IMG/VR virus record: IMGVR_UViG_3300031788_000002
Span: 32,001-96,000 of that record
DNA length: 64,000 nucleotides
Reading direction: 5' to 3' (one strand)
DNA from: a virus
The translations under genes and the position numbers were made by a program. Below the pieces are notes generated by a model, which ran no database searches, was not told the DNA's origin, and saw only the letters and a list, made by a program, of their open reading frames with translations. How positions within the stretch are numbered: position 1 is the stretch's first letter; every line of letters begins with the position of its first letter. Of the stretch, positions 49,247-59,125 are shown one piece after another.

Positions 49247-50586
49247 TGCACACCCGCTGACGCGAAGACTTCGCGTCTAACAAAGAACTCAAAGTTGACG
49301 TTACCCATCAAGTGCATACGCAGGTCATTTTCCGTAGGGTACTTGGTGCCCTCCAGGGGTTGCCGTGTCTGCCAATTGGTGACCATGAAGTAGCCACCGA
49401 AATTGGTGATGACACCACGGTGCGCCGCGGAGCGAATCAAGTCGCCATACATGTCGGTACCAAAGAGGTCGTAGTAGTACCGAAACTCTCCCGTGATGTT
49501 CTCGTGGGTTCCCGCTTTGCCCTTGAGGGTTTTGTAGTGGACCTCCTTTCCTATCGCGACCTTGTTGTTATCGTTAATCTTCGCGCCGCTCCAGAGCACG
49601 ACGTCGATGAGTTTGAAGTGCTTGCTGGCTTCGCCCCCTTTGACCTCCCAGTCCTGGATGTACTTCTGCATAGGACTTGGGGCGCTGCCCTTGCTCTGAT
49701 TGGCTACGACCTGCTGCACCATCATTAAGGTGGTGTTGTTGGTACCCCGGCGCGTCGTGGGTACGTAGTTCAACCAGAACTGCTTCATTAAAAACGCGTG
49801 GGCGCCGCGTTTGGCGAACTCATCGAGGTCTTTTTCTGCATCGGCCTGAGGTTGCAGCGAGGAAATGCTGTCGATGGCGACGATGTTACAAACGCTGCGT
49901 GACGTGAGGCCCAGAACTCCTTCGAGAATCTTCTCGCCGGTATCCCCCTGGATGGTTTCAATGTGCCCAACCTGCCGCTTCCAAAAGTCGATCTCTGTGG
50001 AAGAGAGCTGGGGGTAACCTCGCTGGTGGCGGATCTCGTTCCAGTTGTTGAGCACATTGTCGGGCACGGCGATGTAGCAGCCGACCTTTCGAATCCATTC
50101 AAAGTCCATGGCGCCCTCGGTATGGGCGATGGCCCCAATGAAATCATCGCCATAGATGCGTTGTTGCATGGCGAACATACGCCAGAGCAACCAGCTCTTG
50201 CCCGACCCGTAGGGCCCCGAAAGCATGGCGCCCCCACCGGCGGGAAACCCGCCCCCGAGGGCGATGTCGAGCTCGATGATGCCCGTGGGTCGTCGGAGCA
50301 AGTAAGGGCTTTCCAGGTCCTCTGCACTGACGAAAGTTTCGGGGTTCTTTTGGCGGAGCGCGTTGATCTCGCGCATCTTCTCCGCGTAGGACTTGTCCGT
50401 AACGCGGGTGAAGGTCTCGGTAGGGCTGAGCGCGCTCATGGAGGCCAGTGCTCCTTGGGGAGCAACCCCGGCGCTGACCTCGGAGGTCATCGCTACGGAA
50501 ACGGTAGCGATCTTGGGCTGCGCTTTACCCTTGGCTTTCTTATCGTTGGGGGCGGGGTCTACTACGGTCTTTTTCTTTGCTGGCAT
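49231..50586 (-). CDS. recA: RecA/UvsX-like recombinase
   Basis: TG..ELDIALGGGFP.G; Walker A GPYGSGKS; IDSI; GG...KH. Confidence 0.9.
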   Translation of the reverse strand: MPAKKKTVVDPAPNDKKAKGKAQPKIATVSVAMTSEVSAGVAPQGALASMSALSPTETFTRVTDKSYAEKMREINALRQKNPETFVSAEDLESPYLLRRPTGIIELDIALGGGFPAGGGAMLSGPYGSGKSWLLWRMFAMQQRIYGDDFIGAIAHTEGAMDFEWIRKVGCYIAVPDNVLNNWNEIRHQRGYPQLSSTEIDFWKRQVGHIETIQGDTGEKILEGVLGLTSRSVCNIVAIDSISSLQPQADAEKDLDEFAKRGAHAFLMKQFWLNYVPTTRRGTNNTTLMMVQQVVANQSKGSAPSPMQKYIQDWEVKGGEASKHFKLIDVVLWSGAKINDNNKVAIGKEVHYKTLKGKAGTHENITGEFRYYYDLFGTDMYGDLIRSAAHRGVITNFGGYFMVTNWQTRQPLEGTKYPTENDLRMHLMGNVNFEFFVRREVFASAGVQCLYR

Positions 50587-50738
50587 GATTCTTTCTCAAA
50601 GGGTTCCGTGCCGTGCTTCGGGCACTGAAGGACCGAACCGTGCTTCTCGAGCGGGCCGCCACACTTAGGGCAACCCGCGTTCGCTACCTTCTCCCGCTGC
50701 TCCTGATCTACCCGTTCATCAACGCCGAGCTTCTCCAT
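50562..50738 (-). CDS. 58-aa Zn-ribbon protein (below the ORF-track cutoff)
   Basis: AAGGAG RBS; MEKLGVDE...EKVANAGCPKCG...CPKHGTEPFE. Confidence 0.75.
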   Translation of the reverse strand: MEKLGVDERVDQEQREKVANAGCPKCGGPLEKHGSVLQCPKHGTEPFEKESCQQRKRP

Positions 50739-51060
50739 AACCGGTCTCCTTGAGCACCGCGCGAAGCCGCGCGGACTTGGAGAAGCATACGCGAATTTGA
50801 AGGTCGACGAACCGTTGGGTTTGCGTTTGCTTACGGCGCCCCTCCTTACCCGCGAGGTAAGTCAGAGAAACCGTACGCTGAACGCGCGAGGTGTAGACGC
50901 GCAGCGTGCCTAAGCCCGGTACGACGACGGTGCCTTGATGCACCAGTTGATCGAGCAGCGCATCGTACAAGGCGTCGGTGATGCTTGAGACACGCTTTCG
51001 GGACAGACCGAGGCGCTGCGCAACCAATGCGTCGAGGGCCAGCTTGTAGGTCTGACTCAT
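50719..51060 (-). CDS. HU/IHF-like DNA-binding protein
   Basis: L...VA..LGLS.K.V..I.DAL...GTV.VPGLGTL.V...V.F.KS..L. Confidence 0.75.
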   Translation of the reverse strand: MSQTYKLALDALVAQRLGLSRKRVSSITDALYDALLDQLVHQGTVVVPGLGTLRVYTSRVQRTVSLTYLAGKEGRRKQTQTQRFVDLQIRVCFSKSARLRAVLKETGYGEARR

Positions 51061-53084
51061 TAGCCCTTGGCCTCGCCCCAGCTATCCCCCGAGCCACCCT
51101 CTGCAACGAGGGGGCAAAGAAGTTCTTCACTGAAGGGATGTTCCATTATCTCCTGGATGTTGGACATGGCAAAAGGCACGTATTCGGTACGGCACTCAAA
51201 GACGAGTTCGTCATGCACTTGCAGAACGGTGTGACAGTCGTATTCCCGATCAAGGGCCAGGGTATCAATGCTTAATTGTGCCATCATGGTGATGTCGGCC
51301 GCGCTGCCCTGTATGACAGTGTTCACCGCAAGGCGCTCCCCTTGTGCTCGCTCCACTTTATTGGACGACATGATCATGGGGATGTTGCGTCTACGACCGA
51401 GAATGGTGAAGGCGAAGCCTGAGGCGCGTCCTTCTTCCACCGTTTCGGTCATGAAGCGTTCCACGGCGGGATAGGTGCCCTTGTACTTCGCTATCTTGTC
51501 CTTGGCAGCTTGAACGGTGATGCCGAGGTCGTTCGCTAATTTGTTTGGGCCCATACCATAATTGAGCCCGAAGCCGATCGATTTTGCCCCAGTGCGGTCT
51601 TCGGCGCATGCATGCAGGTACTCTTCGAGCGTGCTGCCATAAAGGGTGGCCCGCGTCAGAACACCGGGAAGTACGGTCTCCGCTTCTTGTGCAGCATCGG
51701 TCGGCGACAACTTGGCGATCTTCTTGAGTAACCCCTTGGCTTCATTGATGTCGTCGTAGGACTTGCCGAACATCAGGGAGGCGTTACCGGCGTGGATATC
51801 CCATCCGCGCAAGAAGACGCCGACCATGGTTTGTTCTTGGGCAGCGGCGGCGAGCAGACGCATTTCCAGTTGCGAGTAATCAAAGCCGATGACGGTGTAA
51901 CCGGGGTCCGTAATGAACGCCTTACGTAGGTTCCACTGATCATTCTCAGGGCGAGGTATGTTCTGAAGGTTAGGGTCACTTGAACTTATACGCCCTGTAC
52001 GCGGTGTTTGATTGAAGCTCGAATGAATACGGTCGTAGGTGTCCACTAGCGCATCCAAGCCCACGATGTACGTGCCGTGCAGCTTTTCGTACTCGCGTTT
52101 TTGAATTATCAGCCCGACGACAGGGTCATCGTGTCGATAATGCTCGAGGCTGTCCGCATCCCACGACGGTCGGCGTATGCCGGACTTTCCCCCACTCGTC
52201 CACTTCAGAGGCGTTAGCCCTGTGCTATCCATATACTTGCCTACTTGGATGGATGAATTGGGGTTAAGAGCGAAGCCGGCGCGCATGGTGATCTCGCGCT
52301 CGATCTCCGCAATCTTCTTCTCCGCTTCGGGGCGGGCCGCTGCAAACTGCGCGCGGTTGACTTTGATACCCCGGCGCTCCATTTTCCAAAGCGACCGTGT
52401 GAAGGGAGATGCCACCTTGGTGAAGTAATCCCACAAGGTTTCGATGTACGGCGGCTTGCGGATGAATAGCGAGTACGTGCGCTCGCTTTGAAGTTTTGCG
52501 CGTAGAGATTCGAAGACTTTGAGCGTTCCCCACGCGTCGTTGGCCGCGTACTCTACGAGCAGCCCGAAGTTTTCCCGTTCCGCTTTTTCAATCAGCTGCG
52601 CGGGGGATTGCTTCGCATTGATCCTACCGAACTGATCCTGGAAGTCGGCCCAGGTCCAATTGAGAAGATGCTTCGCGATGAACTTGAGCTTGTGCGACAA
52701 TTGATCGTAAAGCAGGGAATGCATGACCTGGACGCAGTACCACTTGCCAACGAGCGTGTGCCCGAAGTTGGCCAGGATGTGCATGTCGTACTTGGCGTTC
52801 GCCAAGATCCAGGTGATGTTTGGGTTTTGAAAGCAAGGGGTAAAGAGTGGCAACAGGTCTGCGTGCAGGGTGGCGCGTTGCTTACCCCAAGCCAGCGACC
52901 AATAAAGTGGTACGTCTTTCCAGCGAATGAGCCCGGTGGTCTCTGTATCGATGGCGACCTCACGCGTGTTGTACACCTCGCGAATAACCCGTTGAATTTC
53001 ATCGGGGTGTGTAATGGGTCGTGTGGGGAGCGTAGCGTAAGGATGCCCGATGTATTGGGCGGTCGGTAAATCGGTGTTCCACAT
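51060..53084 (-). CDS. polA: family A DNA polymerase with 3'-5' exonuclease
   Basis: Exo DTET / NAKYD / YAAND; TGRISSSDPNLQNIP; motif A DYSQLEMR; B AKSIGFGLNYG; C VHDE. Confidence 0.96.
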   Translation of the reverse strand: MWNTDLPTAQYIGHPYATLPTRPITHPDEIQRVIREVYNTREVAIDTETTGLIRWKDVPLYWSLAWGKQRATLHADLLPLFTPCFQNPNITWILANAKYDMHILANFGHTLVGKWYCVQVMHSLLYDQLSHKLKFIAKHLLNWTWADFQDQFGRINAKQSPAQLIEKAERENFGLLVEYAANDAWGTLKVFESLRAKLQSERTYSLFIRKPPYIETLWDYFTKVASPFTRSLWKMERRGIKVNRAQFAAARPEAEKKIAEIEREITMRAGFALNPNSSIQVGKYMDSTGLTPLKWTSGGKSGIRRPSWDADSLEHYRHDDPVVGLIIQKREYEKLHGTYIVGLDALVDTYDRIHSSFNQTPRTGRISSSDPNLQNIPRPENDQWNLRKAFITDPGYTVIGFDYSQLEMRLLAAAAQEQTMVGVFLRGWDIHAGNASLMFGKSYDDINEAKGLLKKIAKLSPTDAAQEAETVLPGVLTRATLYGSTLEEYLHACAEDRTGAKSIGFGLNYGMGPNKLANDLGITVQAAKDKIAKYKGTYPAVERFMTETVEEGRASGFAFTILGRRRNIPMIMSSNKVERAQGERLAVNTVIQGSAADITMMAQLSIDTLALDREYDCHTVLQVHDELVFECRTEYVPFAMSNIQEIMEHPFSEELLCPLVAEGGSGDSWGEAKG

Positions 53085-53112
53085 GCAAAGGCGCTTTCAA
53101 AGTAGAACGTTT

Positions 53113-53139
53113 GCGCCCGCGTCCCCGAAACGCGGGCGC
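53113..53139. terminator. 10-bp hairpin between the SSB-like gene and polA
   Basis: GCGCCCGCGT/ACGCGGGCGC. Confidence 0.5.
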
Positions 53140-53152
53140 CAAAACGCGCGGG

Positions 53153-54511
53153 TTACTGACCCTGCTGCCCGGAGAAGGGGGGCCAGCCGGGCAGGTTCAT
53201 AGAGGGGGGCGAGAAGGCGGGCTGTGCCTGTGAAGCGGGCCAGATGGGCATTCCCCCGTTTGGCATAGCGGGCGCTGCCATCGATGCGGGGGGCGTTGGC
53301 ATCAGGGGTTGCTGCGCAAAGGTTGGCGGGGTGAAGACGGGGTACGGCGCCGGTGCGGCAGGCATCGCGGTCTGCATGGGGGGATTGAAGGTTGGGTACG
53401 CGACCGGTACCTGCGTCTGGGAGGCAGGGCCCTTAGGAATGCCCCAAAGCTTGCGCTGTTCTTCGAGGGGCGTCGGCGCGAACTTCGCATCGAGGCGCAA
53501 CGGTTTGATGTTGGCCGCCGTCGCTGCGTCCACTTGAATTGGTCGCGGGTTCGATCGGTTGGTGGGCAACAACGCGGTCTGGTTGTTCTTACCCGTAGGG
53601 ATCGCCGTGAGCTCGAGGTCTTCATCGAAGAGCGTCGCGCGCTGGGGCGTCAGGTTGTACTGAGCGCACGCACGGCACGACAAGACCTCACGAACGAAGA
53701 GCACTTGCCCGCAGAGGGCGCAGCCGTAGGGTGCGTTCAGCTTTTTGGTCTGCTCTGCATTCAAGGTTGTCGTGCGCAGGTCGACAACCAGTGCGCCACA
53801 CGAGGGGTTACCGCACATCTTGGCCGTGCAGATGATGGAGGCTTGGCTACCGCACGTTACACAATCTGTGCAGATGGTTTGGTCCATGTAGCCAAAGAGT
53901 TGTTCCTTGTGCATGGCGAACATCGGCCAGGGGATTAGATTTCCGATTTTGTACTCGTACTGGCCGACCCGTTGGTCATTGGGCGCTACGGGAACCCAGT
54001 CGTAGTACGGCTGTCCCGTTGAGGGGTTTCTGGCGTCGCTCGGAAGTTTGCACCACAGACCGTAGTCGTACCAAGTAAAGCCGAACTGCGGGGTGTTCGA
54101 CATGTACTTACCACGATCTTCTTTTCCAGAGCCCCAGTACATGTCACATCCAAGGCAAGGCTCACGACGATTCTTGTCCATGCGCAGAGGCCCTGCGCAG
54201 CACACCGCCGTCTTTTTACTCGTGGGGTGACGGTGTACGTAAAAGGGGAAGTACTCGAGCGTCTCCTCTACAATCGTGTTGTCCTCGAGCACGTAGGGGA
54301 CGACGTACTTTCCCGGGATGAAGCGACCCATGCGTGGATGATCCGGGAGGCGGAACGTATCCTTCCAGTAGGGGCCTCCCCCGCCAGCCTTCCGCGATTC
54401 CCGTGACTCCGCCTCACACTGCTTACGGTAGTGCTCCCGTTGATTCGCCGTGCCACCCCCGAAGGGCGTGACATGCGTCAAATCCCGCGGGTCTTTTCCA
54501 AATGCTGCCAT
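53153..54511 (-). CDS. putative ssDNA-binding protein with multiple Zn ribbons and a Pro/Gln/Met-rich tail
   Basis: H..C...C..C (gp32-like Zn site) plus four further CxxC-type pairs; strong GAGGAG RBS; lies between primase and polA. Confidence 0.55.
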   Translation of the reverse strand: MAAFGKDPRDLTHVTPFGGGTANQREHYRKQCEAESRESRKAGGGGPYWKDTFRLPDHPRMGRFIPGKYVVPYVLEDNTIVEETLEYFPFYVHRHPTSKKTAVCCAGPLRMDKNRREPCLGCDMYWGSGKEDRGKYMSNTPQFGFTWYDYGLWCKLPSDARNPSTGQPYYDWVPVAPNDQRVGQYEYKIGNLIPWPMFAMHKEQLFGYMDQTICTDCVTCGSQASIICTAKMCGNPSCGALVVDLRTTTLNAEQTKKLNAPYGCALCGQVLFVREVLSCRACAQYNLTPQRATLFDEDLELTAIPTGKNNQTALLPTNRSNPRPIQVDAATAANIKPLRLDAKFAPTPLEEQRKLWGIPKGPASQTQVPVAYPTFNPPMQTAMPAAPAPYPVFTPPTFAQQPLMPTPPASMAAPAMPNGGMPIWPASQAQPAFSPPSMNLPGWPPFSGQQGQ

Positions 54512-54529
54512 ACGTTCTCCTCTGGCCCT

Positions 54530-55657
54530 TTAGGCGTTACTTACAGGGACTGTGCCCTCTTTTTTGTTAAGCCAAGTGCTGTACGGTACGGCGTCGAAGA
54601 GCTGTTCCCAGACTTCTTCCGCCGTTAAGTTATCGGGTTGGGCATCTTCGTCATCGAGCAAACGGGGTGGGTATTCAATGACGTGGGCGTTGAGAGTGCT
54701 TCCCAGGGAGGGGCCGTCGTAGCGGCGGTACGCGCGCATTAGTTCCTCCCCGGGGTCTTGGTGAAAGCGGATCTGGTAGGGGTCCACGGCGTAGCGCTTT
54801 GTTTGCTGAAGAACTTGCCCGGCGTTGTACGTGCCACGGATTCCCGCGGCGTTGTTATCGAGGAAGAAGTACACTTTCCCGCCAAACTTTTCAATCAGCC
54901 AGCGGTGCTCCCAGGAGAAGTAAGAGCCCATCAAGCCGATCACATTCTTGATGCCGGCTTGCCAGACCCACATGCACGCTTTGTATCCTTCTACAACAAC
55001 CAAAAAGCTATGCTCGGGTCTGTGCACAAGGAGAGAAGGAAGCACGTTATGCAAGTTGTAAAGGACCTTGCGTCGATCCCAGGGGCCGCGCTCGGGTAGA
55101 CCCCACAAGAGGTATTCCTTGTTGTAGATTTTGTAGCGGGGGCGCACATCCTTGTGGAGCGTACGTCCGTTGATACCCACGAGGCGCCCGAGGGTATCGC
55201 GAATGGGGTACGTGATGCGGTCGTGCCAATGGTCAAAGCCGACGTCGAAGTAGCGCAGCGTTTCTTCCTTGAACCCGGCCATTAGAAGTGAAGGGATGGT
55301 GTATCCATCAAAAAAGCCAAGGGCGCCTTCAGGCAGAGGCGCCAGGCTGTAGACCCCCGGGTCGAGGGGGTCAGGCCCCGGGGGGGTTGTACGCCGCGCG
55401 GCCTCGATGAGGTCTTTGTACTGAAGGTCGATGAGCTGATGGGAAACGCCTACCCCGCGCAAAAAGGTGAGCAGGTTTCCCTTGGCGTGACAGGAGTGGC
55501 AGAAGTAAACGCCGTTCAGGATGTTCATCGCGAAGGACGCGGTGGCATCATCATGAAACGGGCACAGGGCCATCACGTTCTCCGAACCGGAGGGCCGTAC
55601 GTTCTCGAGGAACTTGTAAGCGATATCCAGAATCTCGGAGTGAACGTCGTAGGTCAA
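54530..55657 (-). CDS. DnaG-type primase (CHC2 Zn finger and TOPRIM)
   Basis: CPFH...CHSC; RITYPIRD..G.LVG..GR; RYK; LYNL; VVEG. Confidence 0.9.
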   Translation of the reverse strand: MTYDVHSEILDIAYKFLENVRPSGSENVMALCPFHDDATASFAMNILNGVYFCHSCHAKGNLLTFLRGVGVSHQLIDLQYKDLIEAARRTTPPGPDPLDPGVYSLAPLPEGALGFFDGYTIPSLLMAGFKEETLRYFDVGFDHWHDRITYPIRDTLGRLVGINGRTLHKDVRPRYKIYNKEYLLWGLPERGPWDRRKVLYNLHNVLPSLLVHRPEHSFLVVVEGYKACMWVWQAGIKNVIGLMGSYFSWEHRWLIEKFGGKVYFFLDNNAAGIRGTYNAGQVLQQTKRYAVDPYQIRFHQDPGEELMRAYRRYDGPSLGSTLNAHVIEYPPRLLDDEDAQPDNLTAEEVWEQLFDAVPYSTWLNKKEGTVPVSNA

Positions 55658-57111
55658 TGAACCATCCCCGCGACCTCAGCTGCCCCCTTAGAAATCTCAG
55701 CGGATTCTTGTTTATTTATTAGAGGGCGTGGAGGCTTAACAGCAGAAGCTTGCTTTGACTGCGCTTCGGTTTTCAGGACCGCTTGCGCTTCCTTGTCGGA
55801 TAGTTCGCCGTAGTAAGAAAAGTTGTGGGCGGGCATTCCGTGGATACGAAAACCGGAGAGCTTATAGCGTCGACATGCGCCCCCCATAACGAGGGCCAGC
55901 GTGTTGGCTCCCTTCTTCCACTCATTGATAACGCGAATGAGCATGGTGGCGTCTTGGCCAAGGGAGTCGGAGAACGCGACCTCTTCCGTGTTGGCGTCTT
56001 CATTCTTCGCGGCGTCCCGGTTGGCTTGAACGCTGGCGATGACGGGTATTTTCATATGAAGCACCACCTGCCGTAGGGCGCGGCTGATGTTGGCAACCCG
56101 CTCGTTAGGTTTCTTCGAACCGTGCAGGTCACTCATGAGGTACATGCCGTCGACGAATACAATGTGCGGTTTGTAGCGATCGATCTTCGATTCGAGCCAC
56201 GCGACGGTGTCCTGTCCAGGACGAACGTCTTGTGCCGAAAGGCATACGAAGGTCATGCGCTGTTTTAGAAGGCGCAACGAGTCGGCCACACAGTAGAAGC
56301 TATCGCGTTCTTCAGGCGTTAGACGCCCTGCGGTGAAGCGCTCGTAATCAACTCCAGCCATGGTGCAGCCGATGCGTTCGAAGATCTCATCGGCGTCCAT
56401 TTCCTTAGAGTAAATGAGAATGCGATAGGCAGGGTCGAGATCGATGATGAAGGCGGCGAGGTAACAAATGATCCAGCTCTTCATCGACTTCGGGCGTCCG
56501 TAGACGATGATGTAGTCGGTGCTTCGAATACCGAGCGTCGCCTTTTGAAGAGGTTCCCAAGGCCAGGGGCATACGGAAACCCGTTCCCCACGTGCCGCGG
56601 CTAAATAATTGTTCCAGACGCGGGGCATGGCGTCGGAGGCATGCACATCGATCTTACGCGGCGTGCAATCGTTGCGAAGGCTTGCCGCAGCTTCTTGAAG
56701 AAAGCCGACGGCGCGTGCCGGGTCCACTTCCACCAACTCGCCGACTTGCGCAACGAGCTGCCTCGTTTGAACCTTGATCCGGTCCTTGCGCACCTCAGCG
56801 CAAAGAGCGTCGGTGGTCATTGATTTATCGTCGCAGAGGGCAAAGTGAGGAAACTTCTGCATCAGCGCTTGGGGACCCCAAACGCTGCCCATGGTCTCCG
56901 GCGCGGAGTAGTAACCGAGGAGCTGAGTAAAGAAGCCCTTGGTTTCGGACATTGTGAAGTCGTCGTGCGTAATCCCCCATTGCACGACCGAGTTCAGGTC
57001 GCCGTTACTAATGATGCGCGATACGAGCTGATGCTGCCAACTGTACAGGGTACGGCGCTCCTTTCCTGCCCCCAGGATTGTTACGGGGGGTGACGACGGT
57101 ACGTCCCCCAT
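55654..57111 (-). CDS. DnaB-like (SF4) replicative helicase
   Basis: GRPKSMKS, SKEM, VFVDGMYLM, QANR, FSDSLGQDA. Confidence 0.9.
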   Translation of the reverse strand: MGDVPSSPPVTILGAGKERRTLYSWQHQLVSRIISNGDLNSVVQWGITHDDFTMSETKGFFTQLLGYYSAPETMGSVWGPQALMQKFPHFALCDDKSMTTDALCAEVRKDRIKVQTRQLVAQVGELVEVDPARAVGFLQEAAASLRNDCTPRKIDVHASDAMPRVWNNYLAAARGERVSVCPWPWEPLQKATLGIRSTDYIIVYGRPKSMKSWIICYLAAFIIDLDPAYRILIYSKEMDADEIFERIGCTMAGVDYERFTAGRLTPEERDSFYCVADSLRLLKQRMTFVCLSAQDVRPGQDTVAWLESKIDRYKPHIVFVDGMYLMSDLHGSKKPNERVANISRALRQVVLHMKIPVIASVQANRDAAKNEDANTEEVAFSDSLGQDATMLIRVINEWKKGANTLALVMGGACRRYKLSGFRIHGMPAHNFSYYGELSDKEAQAVLKTEAQSKQASAVKPPRPLINKQESAEISKGAAEVAGMVH

Positions 57112-57174
57112 GCGGTCTGCGCAATGAGGGACATTGGTACTACTAGGTGTGGTAGTTAGGAGACAGCGATCCCA

Positions 57175-57501
57175 CTACATATCGGGGACGTCGCTACCGG
57201 TCAGGTGCTCCGCGAGACCCATTGCCTGGGTTTTCGGTAGAGAGACAGCTCCAGGCCCGTCTACCCCATCTGAGAAAACGGTGCGTGCAACGTCCCCTTC
57301 CAGACAAGCGACAAACTGACGAAATGCGTCTTGGGTCGCTGGGCTCCATACGTTGCCGGTATGACGAATGAAAGCGGACACCCGCGTGGTAGGATTCATT
57401 AAAGCGCTGAGCACTTGAATCTCGGGTGTGTTTTTGGTGTAGTCGATGGTGAGACGCGCTAGCTGCACGCGTGTAAGAGAGCTGGTTCCATCAACGGGCA
57501 C
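57175..57501 (-). CDS. hypothetical protein
   Basis: AAGGA RBS; GTG start. Confidence 0.65.
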   Translation of the reverse strand: MPVDGTSSLTRVQLARLTIDYTKNTPEIQVLSALMNPTTRVSAFIRHTGNVWSPATQDAFRQFVACLEGDVARTVFSDGVDGPGAVSLPKTQAMGLAEHLTGSDVPDM

Positions 57502-57510
57502 AGCGATTCC

Positions 57511-57834
57511 TTAAAGGATAGGAAGGCCCGCCGCGGCGGCGCCCTCGTTGAGAAGGCGTCGTCCCGTAATGAAACACGCCTCAGTGGTAAACGACAGCGC
57601 ACCCTCGGCGGAGGGGCAAGGACACGTCAAGGTGACGGTGTACCGTTGCTTGCTGTAGTCCTCGGAAGCGGTGGACAAGAGCACCGCAACAGTGCTTGTG
57701 AGTTCCCCCTTCTGTTCAGCGAAATGAGCTTGCTGTGCCATCAAGCGGAAGGGGTCTTCTTCCAAAGCGCCGCCGCTTTGTTGCGGAGAAATCCCGTACT
57801 TCTCGTAGAGGGCGTGCCAAGCGGGCGTGATCAT
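57511..57834 (-). CDS. hypothetical protein
   Basis: ATGA coupling. Confidence 0.65.
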   Translation of the reverse strand: MITPAWHALYEKYGISPQQSGGALEEDPFRLMAQQAHFAEQKGELTSTVAVLLSTASEDYSKQRYTVTLTCPCPSAEGALSFTTEACFITGRRLLNEGAAAAGLPIL

Positions 57835-58262
57835 GGAAGTACCATCGGCGGGGGTACGTGATAGTTCGGGGTTACCTTGATAACCTCGTCAACGACATCC
57901 TTGGGGATTAGCCTTTTCTCAGCGGCCAGCTGAAGCTTCTTCGGATCGATTTTGTAGACGACCTTGTTGGTGATCGTTCCCCCTGCGGAGAGAAAGGCAT
58001 CGTGTCCCACGGCCGCATAAAGAGCGTCGGCGTTCACGGTGGTGGTTTTTTGGTAGAACTCGAAGTCGCTGCAGGAGACACCGAGACCCCGCACGGCTTT
58101 CTCTGCATCTTCCCGCGTTGTGTTGTACGCTTCCAGCAAGCCATCAAGCACTAGAAAGAATGCTTGATTGGCTTGCTTGAATGCTTGCAGATTGCTCTTG
58201 GCGTTTTCAAACGCCGCCACTTCCGGGACCTTGCTTGAATCGACGTCGTTGTGTCTCACCAT
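57831..58262 (-). CDS. hypothetical protein (helical N-terminus, Gam/gp157-like layout)
   Basis: GAGGAGG RBS. Confidence 0.6.
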   Translation of the reverse strand: MVRHNDVDSSKVPEVAAFENAKSNLQAFKQANQAFFLVLDGLLEAYNTTREDAEKAVRGLGVSCSDFEFYQKTTTVNADALYAAVGHDAFLSAGGTITNKVVYKIDPKKLQLAAEKRLIPKDVVDEVIKVTPNYHVPPPMVLP

Positions 58263-59122
58263 TCCTCCTCACCCGCAGCGCCATCAAGCTGCGACGCACT
58301 GACTGTTTCAGGGGCTACGACCTCGCCGTAAACCGTTTGCATGTAGCTTGCGTAGTACCGTTTGACGGCGCTGAGCCCGGATGCAAACTTCTCTTTGGGA
58401 CTGCCCGTGCTCTTGTCAGAGAAGCAACGAAGAACGTAGGCAGGGTGAAGCAAGGGCACGACGGGGTATTCCACGACGCTTTGCTGCGTGGGCATGATGT
58501 ATTCCCCGCGCACCTTGTGACGCCACACGCCCTTCGGCGTGAGCTGCGCGCGATGACCTGCGCCGGGAAGCTTCAAAACGGTGCCCGGGGCACCCACCAT
58601 GTCGGGTTTCAGCTCCCCGGATTCTTGAAGTACTTTGAGTGATCGTCCGAGAACGGCTTCGGCCGCTGTGGCTCCCAGGGTTACGATGAGAATTGGATCC
58701 ACCGCGTAGATTTCTTGTTGAAGGCGCGGTAGACACGCGGCCCGCTGAACAGTATTGGGGGCTTCATCTTGTTCGACGGGTAAAGAAACGCCTTTGCGCG
58801 TTACGAACTTCTGGCGTCCTTCACCATCCAGTTGATAGATGAAGGAGCGGCAGCACACGGCGTTTGTGATGTAGAAGTGCTTGATGCCGATGGCTTCAAG
58901 AACGGTGCGCAGGAAGCGACCACTCTTGCCTATGAAGGGGCGCCCCTCTTCGTTTTCCTCACGTCCAGGGCCTTCGCCGATGAACATGATGGCACCCTGA
59001 GCGCCTTCGCCGAATACGAAGGCGCCCCCGGTTTCTTGCCGGACCTGCCCAAGATTGCAGGCCGTACAGGTCTCCCATTCTTGTCGAAGAACGGTGAGGC
59101 TCTTTCGGTAGTCAGGGGTCAT
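58256..59122 (-). CDS. family 4 uracil-DNA glycosylase
   Basis: CTAC, FIGEGPG..E...G.PF.G.SG, YITNAVCCR, LHPAY. Confidence 0.92.
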   Translation of the reverse strand: MTPDYRKSLTVLRQEWETCTACNLGQVRQETGGAFVFGEGAQGAIMFIGEGPGREENEEGRPFIGKSGRFLRTVLEAIGIKHFYITNAVCCRSFIYQLDGEGRQKFVTRKGVSLPVEQDEAPNTVQRAACLPRLQQEIYAVDPILIVTLGATAAEAVLGRSLKVLQESGELKPDMVGAPGTVLKLPGAGHRAQLTPKGVWRHKVRGEYIMPTQQSVVEYPVVPLLHPAYVLRCFSDKSTGSPKEKFASGLSAVKRYYASYMQTVYGEVVAPETVSASQLDGAAGEEEW

Positions 59123-59125
59123 GAA

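Noticed and set aside
54558-54568. A-run near the primase 3' end as a second frameshift site
   Set aside because: Not in X XXY YYZ phase, and no downstream gap to fill.
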